DNA from: an uncultured Lachnospiraceae bacterium
GTDB taxonomy: Bacteria > Bacillota > Clostridia > Lachnospirales > Lachnospiraceae
DNA: 64,000 nt
NCBI GenBank assembly: GCA_964528145.1
Contig: CAZGSF010000001.1
Coordinates: forward strand, 3,267-67,266
Reading direction: 5' to 3'
The translations under genes and the position numbers were made by a program. The notes under the pieces were generated by a model, which worked only from the letters and a program-made list of their open reading frames with translations, was not told where the DNA came from and ran no database searches. Below, piece by piece: positions 39,701 to 50,100 of this stretch (its first letter is position 1; each line of letters opens with the position of its first letter).

Positions 39701-39895
39701 AAGTATTTGATAAACATGATAAAGCATTTGGGATATAGAACGATTGCGGAAGGTGTTGAGACAAAGGAACAGGCAGAGATGCTTAAAGGAGCTGATTGTG
39801 ATATGGTACAGGGTTACTACTATGCACGTCCCATGCCGGTGCCTAATTTCCGTAAGTTTTTGTTTGATTTTAATAACAGTGTGAAGGAGCAGTAA
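36707..39895 (+). CDS. c-di-GMP enzyme: PAS-PAS-GGDEF-linker-degenerate GGDEF-EAL
   Basis: DSLTGL...RIGGDEF; second DSLTGL...RVTSDHY; EAL motifs AEALVRW, DDFGSGYSS, AEGVET, QGYY. Confidence 0.9.
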   Translation: MDANARIKELEKKLQDTEDMMGSLLDNMAVGVVRVIYKKDEAKVVYMSDSVCKLLGYDKSEYEQLRDGSGSNFYFMKDYEKKLISEAKEAMQGQRLSEEEYKLTKKDGTSIWVAIRGEVVSVDNEGILIQYAMMNMNGYHEAIEQMRLEQEKLNIVVEIAADLIFEYDINNDAMHYTKQSEDGLNAENVSDNYFEIMRTEGWVHQDDLVELEDFCDQMRSGAPIVHTILRKRFADRKFHWVEVDGRTIYEDGVATKVIGKITNIDKRMEKEEMLRINSERDSLTGLFNHKTCIDKICKQLRLLKPGEQAILLVCDVDEFKQINDSNGHLFGDAVICTFADELRSIFPNSVKGRIGGDEFMVLIRNTDREQVENKLQQLNRQFGKLNVEDDGKIKISCSMGAVICTYDDHDYEKAFQLADAALYNVKNAGKGTYYIVNIDDSKPELKKSYFESKQGEEVYVRDESLISNDEELIIFSLELLENVADVRVGLKMVADRACRFFGFDEILYIKKHEDLYELLFQWGNRDDASFESRMLDKSEIMWTQADLDFDDNNTVVLLQSELAQYGLNTMSSVLGIKYDLADGTSRYMVFVDRLTERNWEIERNTMIRLAGIMFNRIYRMKAEEKARFEAEKQINYDSLTGLLNYSKFLEMTEQYLQGVKGNKNAEYYFTYLDFENFQYMNEVYGYSVGDSVLKRFADYLMAFPGGVYFSRVTSDHYVGLLRDEDGALETIKTYFIDFCNMINAEYKNGNIVLTCGFCKVVGDEDNVSVMVDYANVARKCGKGSTQTSFWIYSDSIKEKNETEMNVITHMTSALENREFCVYLQPKVNLHTGKCVGAEALVRWQRGEGVLFYPDQFIPVFERNGFITKVDFYVLEEVLRYLRNAMDMGEEVVPVSVNFSRLHNNDETWVDKIKDLLDRYSIPPHLLEVEVTESVYMYDFNGLREKAKRLQDMGVVISIDDFGSGYSSLNVLSKVQADVIKLDRQFLLDDDNESSTDFIKYLINMIKHLGYRTIAEGVETKEQAEMLKGADCDMVQGYYYARPMPVPNFRKFLFDFNNSVKEQ

Positions 39896-42186
39896 TGAGT
39901 ATATACGATACCTTGAATGAGCAGCAAAAGAAAGGTGTATTTTCCACGGAGGGTCCTGTTTTGCTGTTGGCAGGAGCAGGTTCGGGTAAGACCCGTGTGC
40001 TGGTGCATCGTATCGCCTATTTGATAGATGAAATGGGAGTTAATCCGTATAATATATTGGCGATTACATTTACCAATAAGGCAGCAGGCGAAATGCGGGA
40101 GAGAGTGGATGATATGATTGGATTTGGTGCAGACCAGATATGGGTCAGCACATTTCATTCCACCTGTGTAAGGATTCTTAGAAGGCATATTGATTTGCTG
40201 GGGTATGATACCAATTTTACGATTTATGATACGGATGACCAGAAAACGGTAGTTAAGGATATTTGTAAACGTTTTGAAATAGATACGAAATATATAAAAG
40301 AACGTAGTATAATGGCTGCTATTTCTTCAGCAAAGGATGAGTTGATAAGTCCCATTGAGTATGAAATGCAGGCAATGGGAGATTTTAATAAAAAGAAAAT
40401 AGCATCTGTATATAAGGAATATCAGGCAGTGCTTAAGAAAAATAATGCATTGGATTTTGACGATTTGATAGTTAAGACAGTGGAATTGTTTAAGACACGT
40501 CCGGAGGTTCTATCTTCATATCAGGAGCGTTTCCGCTACATCATGGTCGATGAGTATCAGGATACTAATACGGCGCAGTTTGAATTAATCAGACTTTTGG
40601 CCAATAAGTATCGTAATCTGTGTGTGGTTGGTGATGATGACCAGTCTATTTATAAGTTCAGAGGTGCTAATATCCGTAATATTTTGGACTTCGAAAAAAA
40701 TTATCATGATGCCAAGGTTATAAAATTGGAGCAAAATTACCGTTCCACCCAGAATGTACTTGATGCAGCCAATGAAGTTATCCGTAATAATTACGGTAGA
40801 AAAGAAAAAGCATTGTGGACTGATAAGGGAAACGGTAGTCTGATTCATTTCAGACAGTTTGATAATGCTTATGAAGAAGCGGAGTATATTGCATCAGAGG
40901 TGGCCGGGAAGGTTAGGAAAAATGAAGCTGATTACGGTGATTGTGCTGTTTTGTACAGAACCAATGCCCAGGCACGTATTTTAGAGGAACGTTTTGTGAT
41001 GGAAGGCATACCTTACGATGTTGTGGGAGGCACTAATTTCTATTCACGTAAGGAAATTAAAGATATTCTTGCTTATTTGAAGACCATTGATAATGGTAAG
41101 GATGATGTGGCGGTAAGGCGTATTATTAATATTCCAAAAAGAGGAATTGGCGCAGCGACTATTGCAAAGGTACAGGATTATGCCCAGCTAAAAGGCATAA
41201 GCTTTTACGATGCATTACGTGAAGCTGATGAAATAATCACAATCGGAAGGGCAGGTACAAAGATACGTCCTTTTGTAGATTTGATACAGGCATTTCGCAG
41301 TAAACTGGAATACTATTCATTAACAGATTTGATGGAAGATATTCTTGATAAAACAGGGTATATTAAAGAACTGCAGGAATCCGGTGAGGAAGATGCGGAA
41401 GACAGAATATCCAATATTGATGAACTTGTAAGTAAAGTGGTTGCATATGAAGAAACCCATGATGAACCATCCCTTGGAGAATTCTTAGAGGATGTTGCAT
41501 TGGTTGCGGATATAGATAGAGTTGATGGGGAAGATAACAGGGTATTGTTAATGACCTTGCACAGTGCTAAGGGACTGGAATTCCCCATTGTATATCTGGC
41601 AGGCATGGAAGACGGAGTGTTCCCAAGTTATTTGTCAATTGTTTCTGATGATGCGGGCGATATAGAAGAAGAAAGGCGTCTTGCGTACGTGGGTATTACA
41701 CGTGCAAAAGAGGAACTTACACTGACATGTGCCAAACAGCGTATGCTTCGCGGAGAAGTACAGTATTTTACAGTGAGCCGGTTTGTGAAAGAAATTCCAA
41801 GGAGACTTCTTGATAATACTGTGGCAGCACCCCGCAGAAGACAGGATGAATACAGCGATGCGCTCAGCTTTGAAACAAGAGATTTCAGACCAAAGGCAAC
41901 GTTTCGTCCCAAGGTTACCGCTGCAGAGAATAAACCTTTTATTGCAAGAGGAATTAGTGAACTTAATAAGGCAGCAGGAATCAGCAAAGGGTTATCCGAT
42001 GGTGAAACTTTAATACAGGAAGGTCTTTCTTATGTAACAGGAGACAGAGTAAAACATATTAAATATGGTGAAGGCACTGTACTAAAGATTGACAAGGAAC
42101 CGCGGGATTACAAAGTAACGGTTAATTTTGACAGTGCGGGGAATAAAATTATGTACGCGGCATTTGCAAAATTAAAGAAAGTATAG
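39895..42186 (+). CDS. pcrA: ATP-dependent DNA helicase PcrA
   Basis: AGAGSGKT, VDEYQDTN, VGDDDQSIY.FRGA, MTLHSAKGLEF, EERRLAYVGITRA; C-terminal Tudor-like domain. Confidence 0.97.
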   Translation: MSIYDTLNEQQKKGVFSTEGPVLLLAGAGSGKTRVLVHRIAYLIDEMGVNPYNILAITFTNKAAGEMRERVDDMIGFGADQIWVSTFHSTCVRILRRHIDLLGYDTNFTIYDTDDQKTVVKDICKRFEIDTKYIKERSIMAAISSAKDELISPIEYEMQAMGDFNKKKIASVYKEYQAVLKKNNALDFDDLIVKTVELFKTRPEVLSSYQERFRYIMVDEYQDTNTAQFELIRLLANKYRNLCVVGDDDQSIYKFRGANIRNILDFEKNYHDAKVIKLEQNYRSTQNVLDAANEVIRNNYGRKEKALWTDKGNGSLIHFRQFDNAYEEAEYIASEVAGKVRKNEADYGDCAVLYRTNAQARILEERFVMEGIPYDVVGGTNFYSRKEIKDILAYLKTIDNGKDDVAVRRIINIPKRGIGAATIAKVQDYAQLKGISFYDALREADEIITIGRAGTKIRPFVDLIQAFRSKLEYYSLTDLMEDILDKTGYIKELQESGEEDAEDRISNIDELVSKVVAYEETHDEPSLGEFLEDVALVADIDRVDGEDNRVLLMTLHSAKGLEFPIVYLAGMEDGVFPSYLSIVSDDAGDIEEERRLAYVGITRAKEELTLTCAKQRMLRGEVQYFTVSRFVKEIPRRLLDNTVAAPRRRQDEYSDALSFETRDFRPKATFRPKVTAAENKPFIARGISELNKAAGISKGLSDGETLIQEGLSYVTGDRVKHIKYGEGTVLKIDKEPRDYKVTVNFDSAGNKIMYAAFAKLKKV

Positions 42187-42270
42187 TAAATTTTAATAGA
42201 ACGTGGTATTCTATATATATAATTAAAATATGGGGTGTGCATCTTAAGGATGCAGGGAAAGGAGTTTGTA

Positions 42271-42525
42271 ATGAGTAAATTAGATAATATTCTTGAGGTT
42301 TCCAAAATAAATGAATTATTAGGTAAGAAAGAAGAAAAGAAAAAGTGTAATGTGCTGTTATGGGTACTTGCAATTATCGGTGCAGTTGCAGCTATGGCAG
42401 CTATTGCATATGCGGTATACCGCTATCTGACACCTGATTATCTTGAAGATTTTGATGAAGATTTCGAAGATGACTTTGAAGACGATATTTTTGAGGATGA
42501 AGACGACGAAGATATTGTTGAGTAG
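42271..42525 (+). CDS. Small single-TM protein with highly acidic tail (DUF4366-like)
   Basis: AAGGAG RBS; TM helix followed by PDYLEDFDEDFEDD... Confidence 0.7.
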   Translation: MSKLDNILEVSKINELLGKKEEKKKCNVLLWVLAIIGAVAAMAAIAYAVYRYLTPDYLEDFDEDFEDDFEDDIFEDEDDEDIVE

Positions 42526-42640
42526 TAATATTTAAAAGTATTAAGCAGTATCAAAGCCTGCCTGAAGATATTAAGGGCAGGCTTGTTTAATGAAAACAGA
42601 TGATTATAGGCAATGAAAAAGTATATTGCTTCGGAGGTAA

Positions 42641-44035
42641 GTGATGAAAAAAGGCCAGATATTGACCGGCGTGGTAGAACGTGTGGATTTTCCCAATAAA
42701 GGTATCGTGCAAACGGAAGAAGGAATTTGTACCGTAAAAAACAGTCTTCCCGGACAGGAAATATCAGTGGGAGTACAAAAGGTTCGCAAAGGTAAGGCTG
42801 AAGGCAGATGCATAGAGGTGTTAAGAAAATCGGAACTGGAAACCAATGAAACCTGTCCTCATTTTGGTGCCTGTGGAGGCTGTACATATTTGTCACTTCC
42901 CTATGAAGAAGAATTGCAGATTAAAAAGGGCCAGGTGAAGCGTTTACTGGATTCTGTTATGCACAAGCAGGAGGAAGAATGGGTATTTGAAGGGATTAAG
43001 GCAAGCCCGGCAATTTATGAGTACCGTAATAAGATGGAATTTTCTTTTGGTGATGAAGTAAAGGATGGTCCTCTCGCGCTTGGAATGCATAAAAGAGGCA
43101 GTTTTTATGATATAGTTACTGTTTCAGACTGTAAAATTGTGGATGGTGATTATCGGAGTATTTTAACGTCTACCCTTGAATTCTTTAAAGGGCGTAAGGT
43201 TTCCTTTTTTCATAGACTTACTCATATGGGATGTCTTAGACATCTTTTGGTTAGAAAGGCAGTTAAGACAGGAGAGATTCTTGTTGCACTTGTAACTACA
43301 ACTCAGAATCCGGAAATTACATCGCCGGAGGGAGAAGTTATGAATGCATGGAAAGATATGCTTCTTTCACTGCCGGTTGAAGGTAAGATAGCAGGTATTT
43401 TACAGATTGATAATGATTCCGTGGCAGATGTTGTAAAAAGTGATGAAACTCATGTACTTTACGGACAGGAATTTTTCTATGAGGAGCTTTTGGGGCTTAA
43501 GTTTAAAATTTCTACATTTTCATTTTTTCAGACCAACAGTTTAGGCGCACAGGTGCTTTATCAGACTGCAAGAGAGTATATTGGTGACAGTGCGTCTCCT
43601 GATAAAGTTGTGTATGATTTGTACAGTGGTACGGGAACCATTGCTCAATTGATGGCGCCGGTGTCAAAGAAGGTAATCGGAGTTGAGATTGTGGAGGAGG
43701 CTGTGGAGGCCGCGAAGCAGAATGCGGCGGAAAATGGTCTTACCAATTGTGAATTTATTGCAGGGGATGTGCTAAAAGTCCTTGATAATATTGAAGAGAA
43801 ACCGGATTTAATCATATTGGACCCTCCAAGAGATGGGATTCATCCCAAGGCACTTAATAAGATAATAGATTATGGCGTGGACCGTATTGTATATATTTCC
43901 TGTAAGCCTACCAGTCTGGTAAGGGACTTGGATGTATTTCTTGAACGTGGATACAAGGTGGAACGTGCGGTGGCAGTGGACCAGTTCCCATGGACCACGG
44001 GAATAGAAACAATTTGTCTTTTGAATAAAAAGTAG
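42641..44035 (+). CDS. rlmD: 23S rRNA (uracil-5)-methyltransferase RlmD/RumA
   Basis: CPHFGACGGC, YRNKMEFSF, SFFQTN, DLYSGTG, LDPPRDG, YISC.P, DQFP.T. Confidence 0.93.
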   Translation: MMKKGQILTGVVERVDFPNKGIVQTEEGICTVKNSLPGQEISVGVQKVRKGKAEGRCIEVLRKSELETNETCPHFGACGGCTYLSLPYEEELQIKKGQVKRLLDSVMHKQEEEWVFEGIKASPAIYEYRNKMEFSFGDEVKDGPLALGMHKRGSFYDIVTVSDCKIVDGDYRSILTSTLEFFKGRKVSFFHRLTHMGCLRHLLVRKAVKTGEILVALVTTTQNPEITSPEGEVMNAWKDMLLSLPVEGKIAGILQIDNDSVADVVKSDETHVLYGQEFFYEELLGLKFKISTFSFFQTNSLGAQVLYQTAREYIGDSASPDKVVYDLYSGTGTIAQLMAPVSKKVIGVEIVEEAVEAAKQNAAENGLTNCEFIAGDVLKVLDNIEEKPDLIILDPPRDGIHPKALNKIIDYGVDRIVYISCKPTSLVRDLDVFLERGYKVERAVAVDQFPWTTGIETICLLNKK

Positions 44036-44046
44036 ATGGTGTAAAG

Positions 44047-44078
44047 AAAGTCCCGGGATATGAATTCCCGGGACTTTT
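44047..44078. terminator. Bidirectional terminator
   Basis: AAAGTCCCGGGA-TATGAAT-TCCCGGGACTTT. Confidence 0.8.
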
Positions 44079-44084
44079 ATGATT

Positions 44085-45164
44085 CTACAGTAATTCTTCG
44101 ATGGTTAAATTGGGTACTTCTGCTAAATTTATGTATTCATTGCCACATTGTACAATGGGGCGGGAAAGCTTATCTTTGTTGATGAAAATAATATCGCCTT
44201 CCCGGCCGTCGCTTAAACGGCAACGGTTCTGGATGTAAGTGTTAACCACATTCTCCAGAAAGGTGAGAAGGAATTGTACATTGTATCGCTCAAAGCCTTC
44301 TGCCTCAAAAATCTCTATAACGCTAAATGGACACATGGGTCCGCGATAAACACGGCGGGCAGTCATGGCATCATAAACATCTGCAATGGCTACGATACAC
44401 GCATATTTGTCGATTTTATCACCGGTCAGACCCATCGGATATCCGGTTCCGTCACATTTTTCGTGGTGCATCAGGGCCGAGTAACGCACATGGTCATCTA
44501 CATCCTGATTCAACAACAGTTGATAGCCTGCCACGGTATGTTTTTGTATCTGGGCATATTCATCAGATGTGAGTTTGCCGGGCTTGGTGATTATTTCATG
44601 GGGGATAAGCAGTTTGCCGATATCATGGAATAATCCGCAGGCTGTAGCAAGCTCAATTTCATCGGGATTTAAGTTCAACCATGAGGCGAGGACATTACAT
44701 ATCAATGCTACGTTCATGCTGTGTGCATAGGTAGAGTCATCAAAATCACGCATATTGTGAAGCATGTCCAGAATACCAATCTGACTCTGGGAGTTGGCAA
44801 TAAGATTCAGGGAATTCCTTAATAAGACGCCTACATCCAATTGAAGGTTCTTCTCTACAACGTTATTCATTACATCTTTAAAAGAGTCCACATTGAGTTC
44901 ATAATCTTTCTTGAAAGCCGTGAACTCAGGGGAATTCTTGATGCGTTCGGAGTAAGAAGGTGCCTTGGGTGCAGCAGGTAGTTTGTCTACGTCCGGAATG
45001 GTATCGTCTATAAAAATACTTATAATACCATAAAGGTCCAACTTTGTTATTAAATTGTCGTTCAGAGGAGTTCCCTTGGATATAATTAGTTGCTGATTAT
45101 AACTGAAAACGTTCTCAGCAACAACCATACCGGGAACCAATTGCAAAGTAGATAATCTCTTCAT
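44085..45164 (-). CDS. HD-GYP cyclic dinucleotide phosphodiesterase
   Basis: HSMNVA, HDIGK, HHEKCDGTGYP, ADVYDAMT..RVYR. Confidence 0.92.
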   Translation of the reverse strand: MKRLSTLQLVPGMVVAENVFSYNQQLIISKGTPLNDNLITKLDLYGIISIFIDDTIPDVDKLPAAPKAPSYSERIKNSPEFTAFKKDYELNVDSFKDVMNNVVEKNLQLDVGVLLRNSLNLIANSQSQIGILDMLHNMRDFDDSTYAHSMNVALICNVLASWLNLNPDEIELATACGLFHDIGKLLIPHEIITKPGKLTSDEYAQIQKHTVAGYQLLLNQDVDDHVRYSALMHHEKCDGTGYPMGLTGDKIDKYACIVAIADVYDAMTARRVYRGPMCPFSVIEIFEAEGFERYNVQFLLTFLENVVNTYIQNRCRLSDGREGDIIFINKDKLSRPIVQCGNEYINLAEVPNLTIEELL

Positions 45165-45269
45165 AGTTAACCCAATTTCTTTTTTGTTGATTTTGCTGAA
45201 AAACCTCTCGATTTTGAGAGAGTGATTATATAATTATACTATTTTAAAAGGGAAATGTCAATTAATGAG

Positions 45270-45307
45270 AAAGGCTGCAAAATAATTTCTATTTTACAGC
45301 CTTTTTT
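45270..45307. terminator. Terminator downstream of sulP
   Basis: AAAGGCTGCAAAATA...TATTTTACAGCCTTT. Confidence 0.65.
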
Positions 45308-45329
45308 GTAGAATTTTGTTTATATTAAG

Positions 45330-46970
45330 TTATTTATTGGCTGCACCTTCGCAGATTTCCTTAGCGCGTGCAAGAGCATGGTCAATGTTGGGACATACGT
45401 TTGCATCGCCCACTTCAGCAAGGAATCCTGCCTTGGACATCATCTGCATGGGCTGGGACTGCACATGGGAGAGAATCAATGTAACATTGCTCTTGGTACA
45501 GGATTTATGCAAGTCGCGAAGCTTGCGGAGTGCGGAGGCATCCATTGCAGGCACACCGCGGAAACGAAGGATAATTGCCTTGGTATCTTTTTCCTTAGAA
45601 ACCTTTAAAAAGGTGTCTGCAACGGCAAAGAACATGGAGCCTTCCACCTCGTAAACAAGAGTTCCCTGAGGCACAACGCTAAGTCCGTCTTTATCTTCGG
45701 TAACGTAAGTCCATCTGTGGATGTCTGCAACATCGGACATTCTCTTTAAGAAGAGAAGTGCAGCAAGCATGAAACCGATTTCAATTGCTACAACAAGGTC
45801 AAATACAACAGTAAGTACAAAGGTTGTAACAAGTACGAGAATATCACTTTTTGGTGAACTTTTGATTAAACCAACAAATTCGCGCCAGTTACTCATATTG
45901 TATGCTACCATGAACAGAATTGCTGCGATGGTAGGCATGGGAATCAAGGCTGCGTAAGGCATCAAAAGAACAAGGATTAAGAGCAGGACAACTGCATGTA
46001 CCATACCGGAAATAGGTGTACGTCCACCATTTTTCACGTTGGCAGCAGTTCTTGCAATTGCGCCTGTTGCAGGGATGCCCCCGAAAAGACCGGAAGCAAC
46101 GTTACCGGCACCCTGAGCAATTAATTCGGCATTGGGTTTGTGAGTATCGTTTACCATTGCATCGGATACTACGCAGGAAAGCAGAGACTCGATGGCTGCT
46201 AGTATTGCGATAGTAAGTGCATCAGGGAAAACACTTTTAATCAAATCAAAGTTGATATTCGGTAATAAAGGGGTAGGCAGTTTGTTGGAAATCTCGTAGA
46301 GGCTACCGATTGTGTTTACTTCAAGATTACCGAATTTCACGATTAAAATAGTAACAATAACAGCTACGAGAGAAGGGGGAATCTTATCTGTAAGCTTTGG
46401 CATCAGAATAAGGATTGCAAGAGCAATAAGACCCACGATTAAAGCTGTAAGATTAATGGTTGTAATGGAAGCAACGCAGGCTTCCAGTTTTTCCATGGTT
46501 TCAACGGGGCTTGTGGTAAAGGTAAGTCCCAGAAAATCTTTAATCTGTCCGATTACAATGGTTACGGCAATTCCACTGGTGAAACCGGTTACAATTGTAT
46601 ATGGAATAAATCGAATCAGGGAACCGAATTTGAGAAGTCCCATACAGATTAAGATAATACCTGCAAGGATGGTTGCTACTATCAGACCTTCCATTCCTTT
46701 GGTTGCAACGATACCGGCTACGATAGTAGCAAATGCTGCGGTGGGACCGGATATCTGCACGCTGCTACCGCCCAGAAAAGAAATTACAAATCCGGCAATA
46801 ATTGCTGTATAAAGGCCCTGTTCGGGTCCTACGCCGGATGCCAGTGCTAATGCGATTGACAAAGGAAGAGCAATGATTGCAACGATTATACCGGCAATAA
46901 CATCTTTTGCGAATTGCTCTTTGGAGTAGTTTTTCATTGAAGAAAACAACTTAGGCATAAATTCATTCAT
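45330..46970 (-). CDS. SulP-family anion permease with STAS domain
   Basis: AGIIVAIIALPLSIA, GLYTAI, ISGPT, ATGAIART; C-terminal STAS (GSMFFA, MDASA). Confidence 0.93.
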   Translation of the reverse strand: MNEFMPKLFSSMKNYSKEQFAKDVIAGIIVAIIALPLSIALALASGVGPEQGLYTAIIAGFVISFLGGSSVQISGPTAAFATIVAGIVATKGMEGLIVATILAGIILICMGLLKFGSLIRFIPYTIVTGFTSGIAVTIVIGQIKDFLGLTFTTSPVETMEKLEACVASITTINLTALIVGLIALAILILMPKLTDKIPPSLVAVIVTILIVKFGNLEVNTIGSLYEISNKLPTPLLPNINFDLIKSVFPDALTIAILAAIESLLSCVVSDAMVNDTHKPNAELIAQGAGNVASGLFGGIPATGAIARTAANVKNGGRTPISGMVHAVVLLLILVLLMPYAALIPMPTIAAILFMVAYNMSNWREFVGLIKSSPKSDILVLVTTFVLTVVFDLVVAIEIGFMLAALLFLKRMSDVADIHRWTYVTEDKDGLSVVPQGTLVYEVEGSMFFAVADTFLKVSKEKDTKAIILRFRGVPAMDASALRKLRDLHKSCTKSNVTLILSHVQSQPMQMMSKAGFLAEVGDANVCPNIDHALARAKEICEGAANK

Positions 46971-47095
46971 ATTTTTATCCTCTTATGTATTTATTTGTGC
47001 GTATATATGCGTGCTTAATGCTTATTTTCATAAAGGGCGCCTGTATGCGCGATTTCAAGTATAGAAAATCTGTAAAAAAAAGTCAAGATTTGTAT

Positions 47096-47122
47096 TAAAC
47101 AAAAATTAAAAAAAGTCGATAT
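47096..47122 (+). promoter_or_regulatory. Sigma-28 (SigD/FliA) promoter of the flagellin gene
   Basis: TAAA-N15-GTCGATAT versus consensus TAAA-N15-GCCGATAT, about 75 nt upstream of the ATG. Confidence 0.8.
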
Positions 47123-47197
47123 AACATACGTAGTTTTGTAATTATTTAGAAGTTAAATTTATATAGACATTAAATAATACAACAGAGGTGAAAACCG

Positions 47198-50100
47198 ATG
47201 CGTATTTCTCATAATATGATGGCGATTAATAATAATCGCATGTTGGGTATAAATGAAAAGAAAAAAGTTAGTTCAACTGAAAAATTATCCAGCGGCTACC
47301 GTATAAACCGTGCTGCAGATGATGCGGCAGGTCTTGCCATTTCTGAAAAAATGCGAAGACTTATCAGAGGATTGGATAAAGGAACTGAAAATGCTCTTGA
47401 TGGTGTATCATGGACCCAGTCGGGAGACGGAGCGTTAAATGAAGTAGATGAAATTTTACATCGTATGACTGAGTTAACCGTAAAAGCATTGAATGAAACC
47501 CACACCGATTCTGACCGCATGGCAATGGAGCTGGAATTTGAACAGTTACAAAGCGAATTAGACAGAATAGGAGATACTACCACATTCAATGAAACAAAGA
47601 TTTTTGCCAAGCATGATATACCATATTATCAGTGCCAGGGGTCTGCAAAGTGGGATCCTCAGCAGATGCATGTGGTAACAGCCGGAGAGAATGATTTGAC
47701 CTTTGAGTATCGGGTGTCAGAGGATGAGCCTGCTAAAACCATGAGCATAACCGTTCCGTCAGGACGCTATACAACCCAGGAACTTATAGATGAAATAGAA
47801 AGCCGGTTGTCCGAAGTGCCAACCGATGGCGAGAAAATTGTGCTTGAGTTTACAGCGGAAGGATTTTGTAATGCAAACCTTGAAGGCGGAGAGAAAATAG
47901 ACAGTTTATCAGGCGGACTTTCTTATCTTATGTATGATATGTATAAGGGAGGCAGTTATGGTGCCCTTATTGGAACAACCAGCTTCCTTTCGGAATCAAG
48001 CAGGCTTGATGTTGTAAGTGGTCAAAATGACAAAATGAGTTTTGATATTGAGAATTTCGCCGGGGGAAGTTCTTCGAAGGATATTACAATACGTCAGGGA
48101 AGTTACACCAGAAGTGAATTGATTGACTTGTTGAACGAACAGCTTGCAGATACAACCGTTAGGGCAACGGCATACGGTGACGGAATAAAATTGTCCAGTG
48201 AGGATGCCATTGTTACCGGATTTAAAGGAAATATGTTCAAGATTGACGGTAACGGAACCATTTATAATTCGGTTTTTTATGACAATGTAAAATACGGAAC
48301 TGTAAGTCAGGAGCCGGCAGTTTTTACCGGTGGTTGTGTGTTGCCTACAAACAGCAGGGATGAAGAACACAAATATTATAGAATAGATAGTAGCAACAAT
48401 ACGCTGACTATGGCGGTTAACGGAAGTGATACAAGCGTAACCATTACTATCCCGGATGGTGAATATACCGCTCGGCAAATGGCGGATAAACTAAATGAAT
48501 TATTTGCTGATGCGGGACTTGATGTGACTGCGGACAGAAGAACTTATGCAGGCTATGACGGTATTGTAATTACTTCAAATGTAAAAGGACCTGAAAGTAA
48601 GATAGATATAGATTCTGCAAGCAGTGCATATCAGACTTTATTTGTTCAAAGAGAATATAATCAGTATGGTTCAAATGTGAATCCGGTTAACGAAAACAGA
48701 GCGGACAGTGAAGGAACATTTAACGGAAGTAAAGATTTATCCATTCTTACTTCTGAGCCGTTGACGGTTACTGCCGGAGTAAATGATTCCTTCAGAATCT
48801 CATTAAATGGTGACCCGGAATTTACAATTACATTGTCACCGGGAACATATAGCAGTGTGGATGATGTTATAAGTGAAATTGATAACCAGTTAAATGGTGC
48901 CGGGGCACAAATGGGTTATAAGGGTAAACTTTCGGTTTCGAAGGTAAACAACAAACTTTTGTTGACCGGTAATCCGGGGCAGGGGATAAATACAATACGT
49001 GTGAGTGCTGAAACCGGACGGGATGTTTTTGATGCGATTTTTCAGGGATATTCCATTACAACTACCACGCCTACTGCGTCAGGAACCAATAATGTCGTTC
49101 TAAATACGCCGTATGACGGGAATATCGGTGCAGATGAAAGCAGTATGAAAATCACTGTAGATGGCAAGGAATATACGGTTAATCTCCCGACAGGAGATGT
49201 TTCCACGGATGATATTAAGCAAGCAATTGAAAATACTATTCCGGGACATACGGAGATTGTCAAGAATACGTTTGCTACGGAGGCAGACAGCGGTGACACA
49301 ATAGATAGAAATTTTGGTTACGGTGTTTATGGTGCTTCCAATACTGTAAGTTGGAATGGCAGTGAAACCGGAAAATCAGAGAAAATGGAAGGTGCAGTAG
49401 GATTTAGGGTTAATGAGCCCGCACAGTTGGAATTGGGTCCGTCTTTGCAGAGTAATATGGTTGTTAACTCTGCAAATAATAAAATTACTTTGAGTTTAAA
49501 TGGCACACAGAAGGTACTCACGCTTGATGATGGTACATATACACCGGATAGTCTTAAAAATGCTTTGCAGGCAAAGATAGATGAGAACTTTGGTACCGGT
49601 ATGGGTGGTGCAACTGTTTCAATAAGTAATAATAAACTGGTCATTACTTCACGTTTGCCTGATGGGTATAACGGAGAAAATACAAGCATTTCGTGTTCTA
49701 CAACAAACAGCAGTTTTCTTAAAGAATTGAATACCACCAGGACTGCTGCTGAATGGATAAGTGACAGGGCAATAGAATCTACCATTAATATTGATAACAC
49801 AAACCAGGGATTTTCCTTTACATATAAAGAAAATGGTAATACACAGAATATTAACCTCACTTTGTCACAGGGAAGTTATTCAAGGAGTAGTTTTATTACG
49901 GAGTTAAATCGTCAGCTTGGGACTACAAACACCGGAATTATGGCATCCCTGTCAGATGGTAAATTGGTATTGACTTCTCAGGCAAAGGGCAATGATGTAT
50001 ACATCTCTTATGCAACCCAAACAGGCGGAACCTCCGCAGAGGCGTTGTTCGGACCTTTGACAGAGACTACAGCCGCAGAGATAATCATAAATTTAAAAAC

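Noticed and set aside
42440..42520. GAAGAT/GATGA-rich repeat as a possible array
   Set aside because: Only the codons of an Asp/Glu-rich tail; no spacers and no cas genes.
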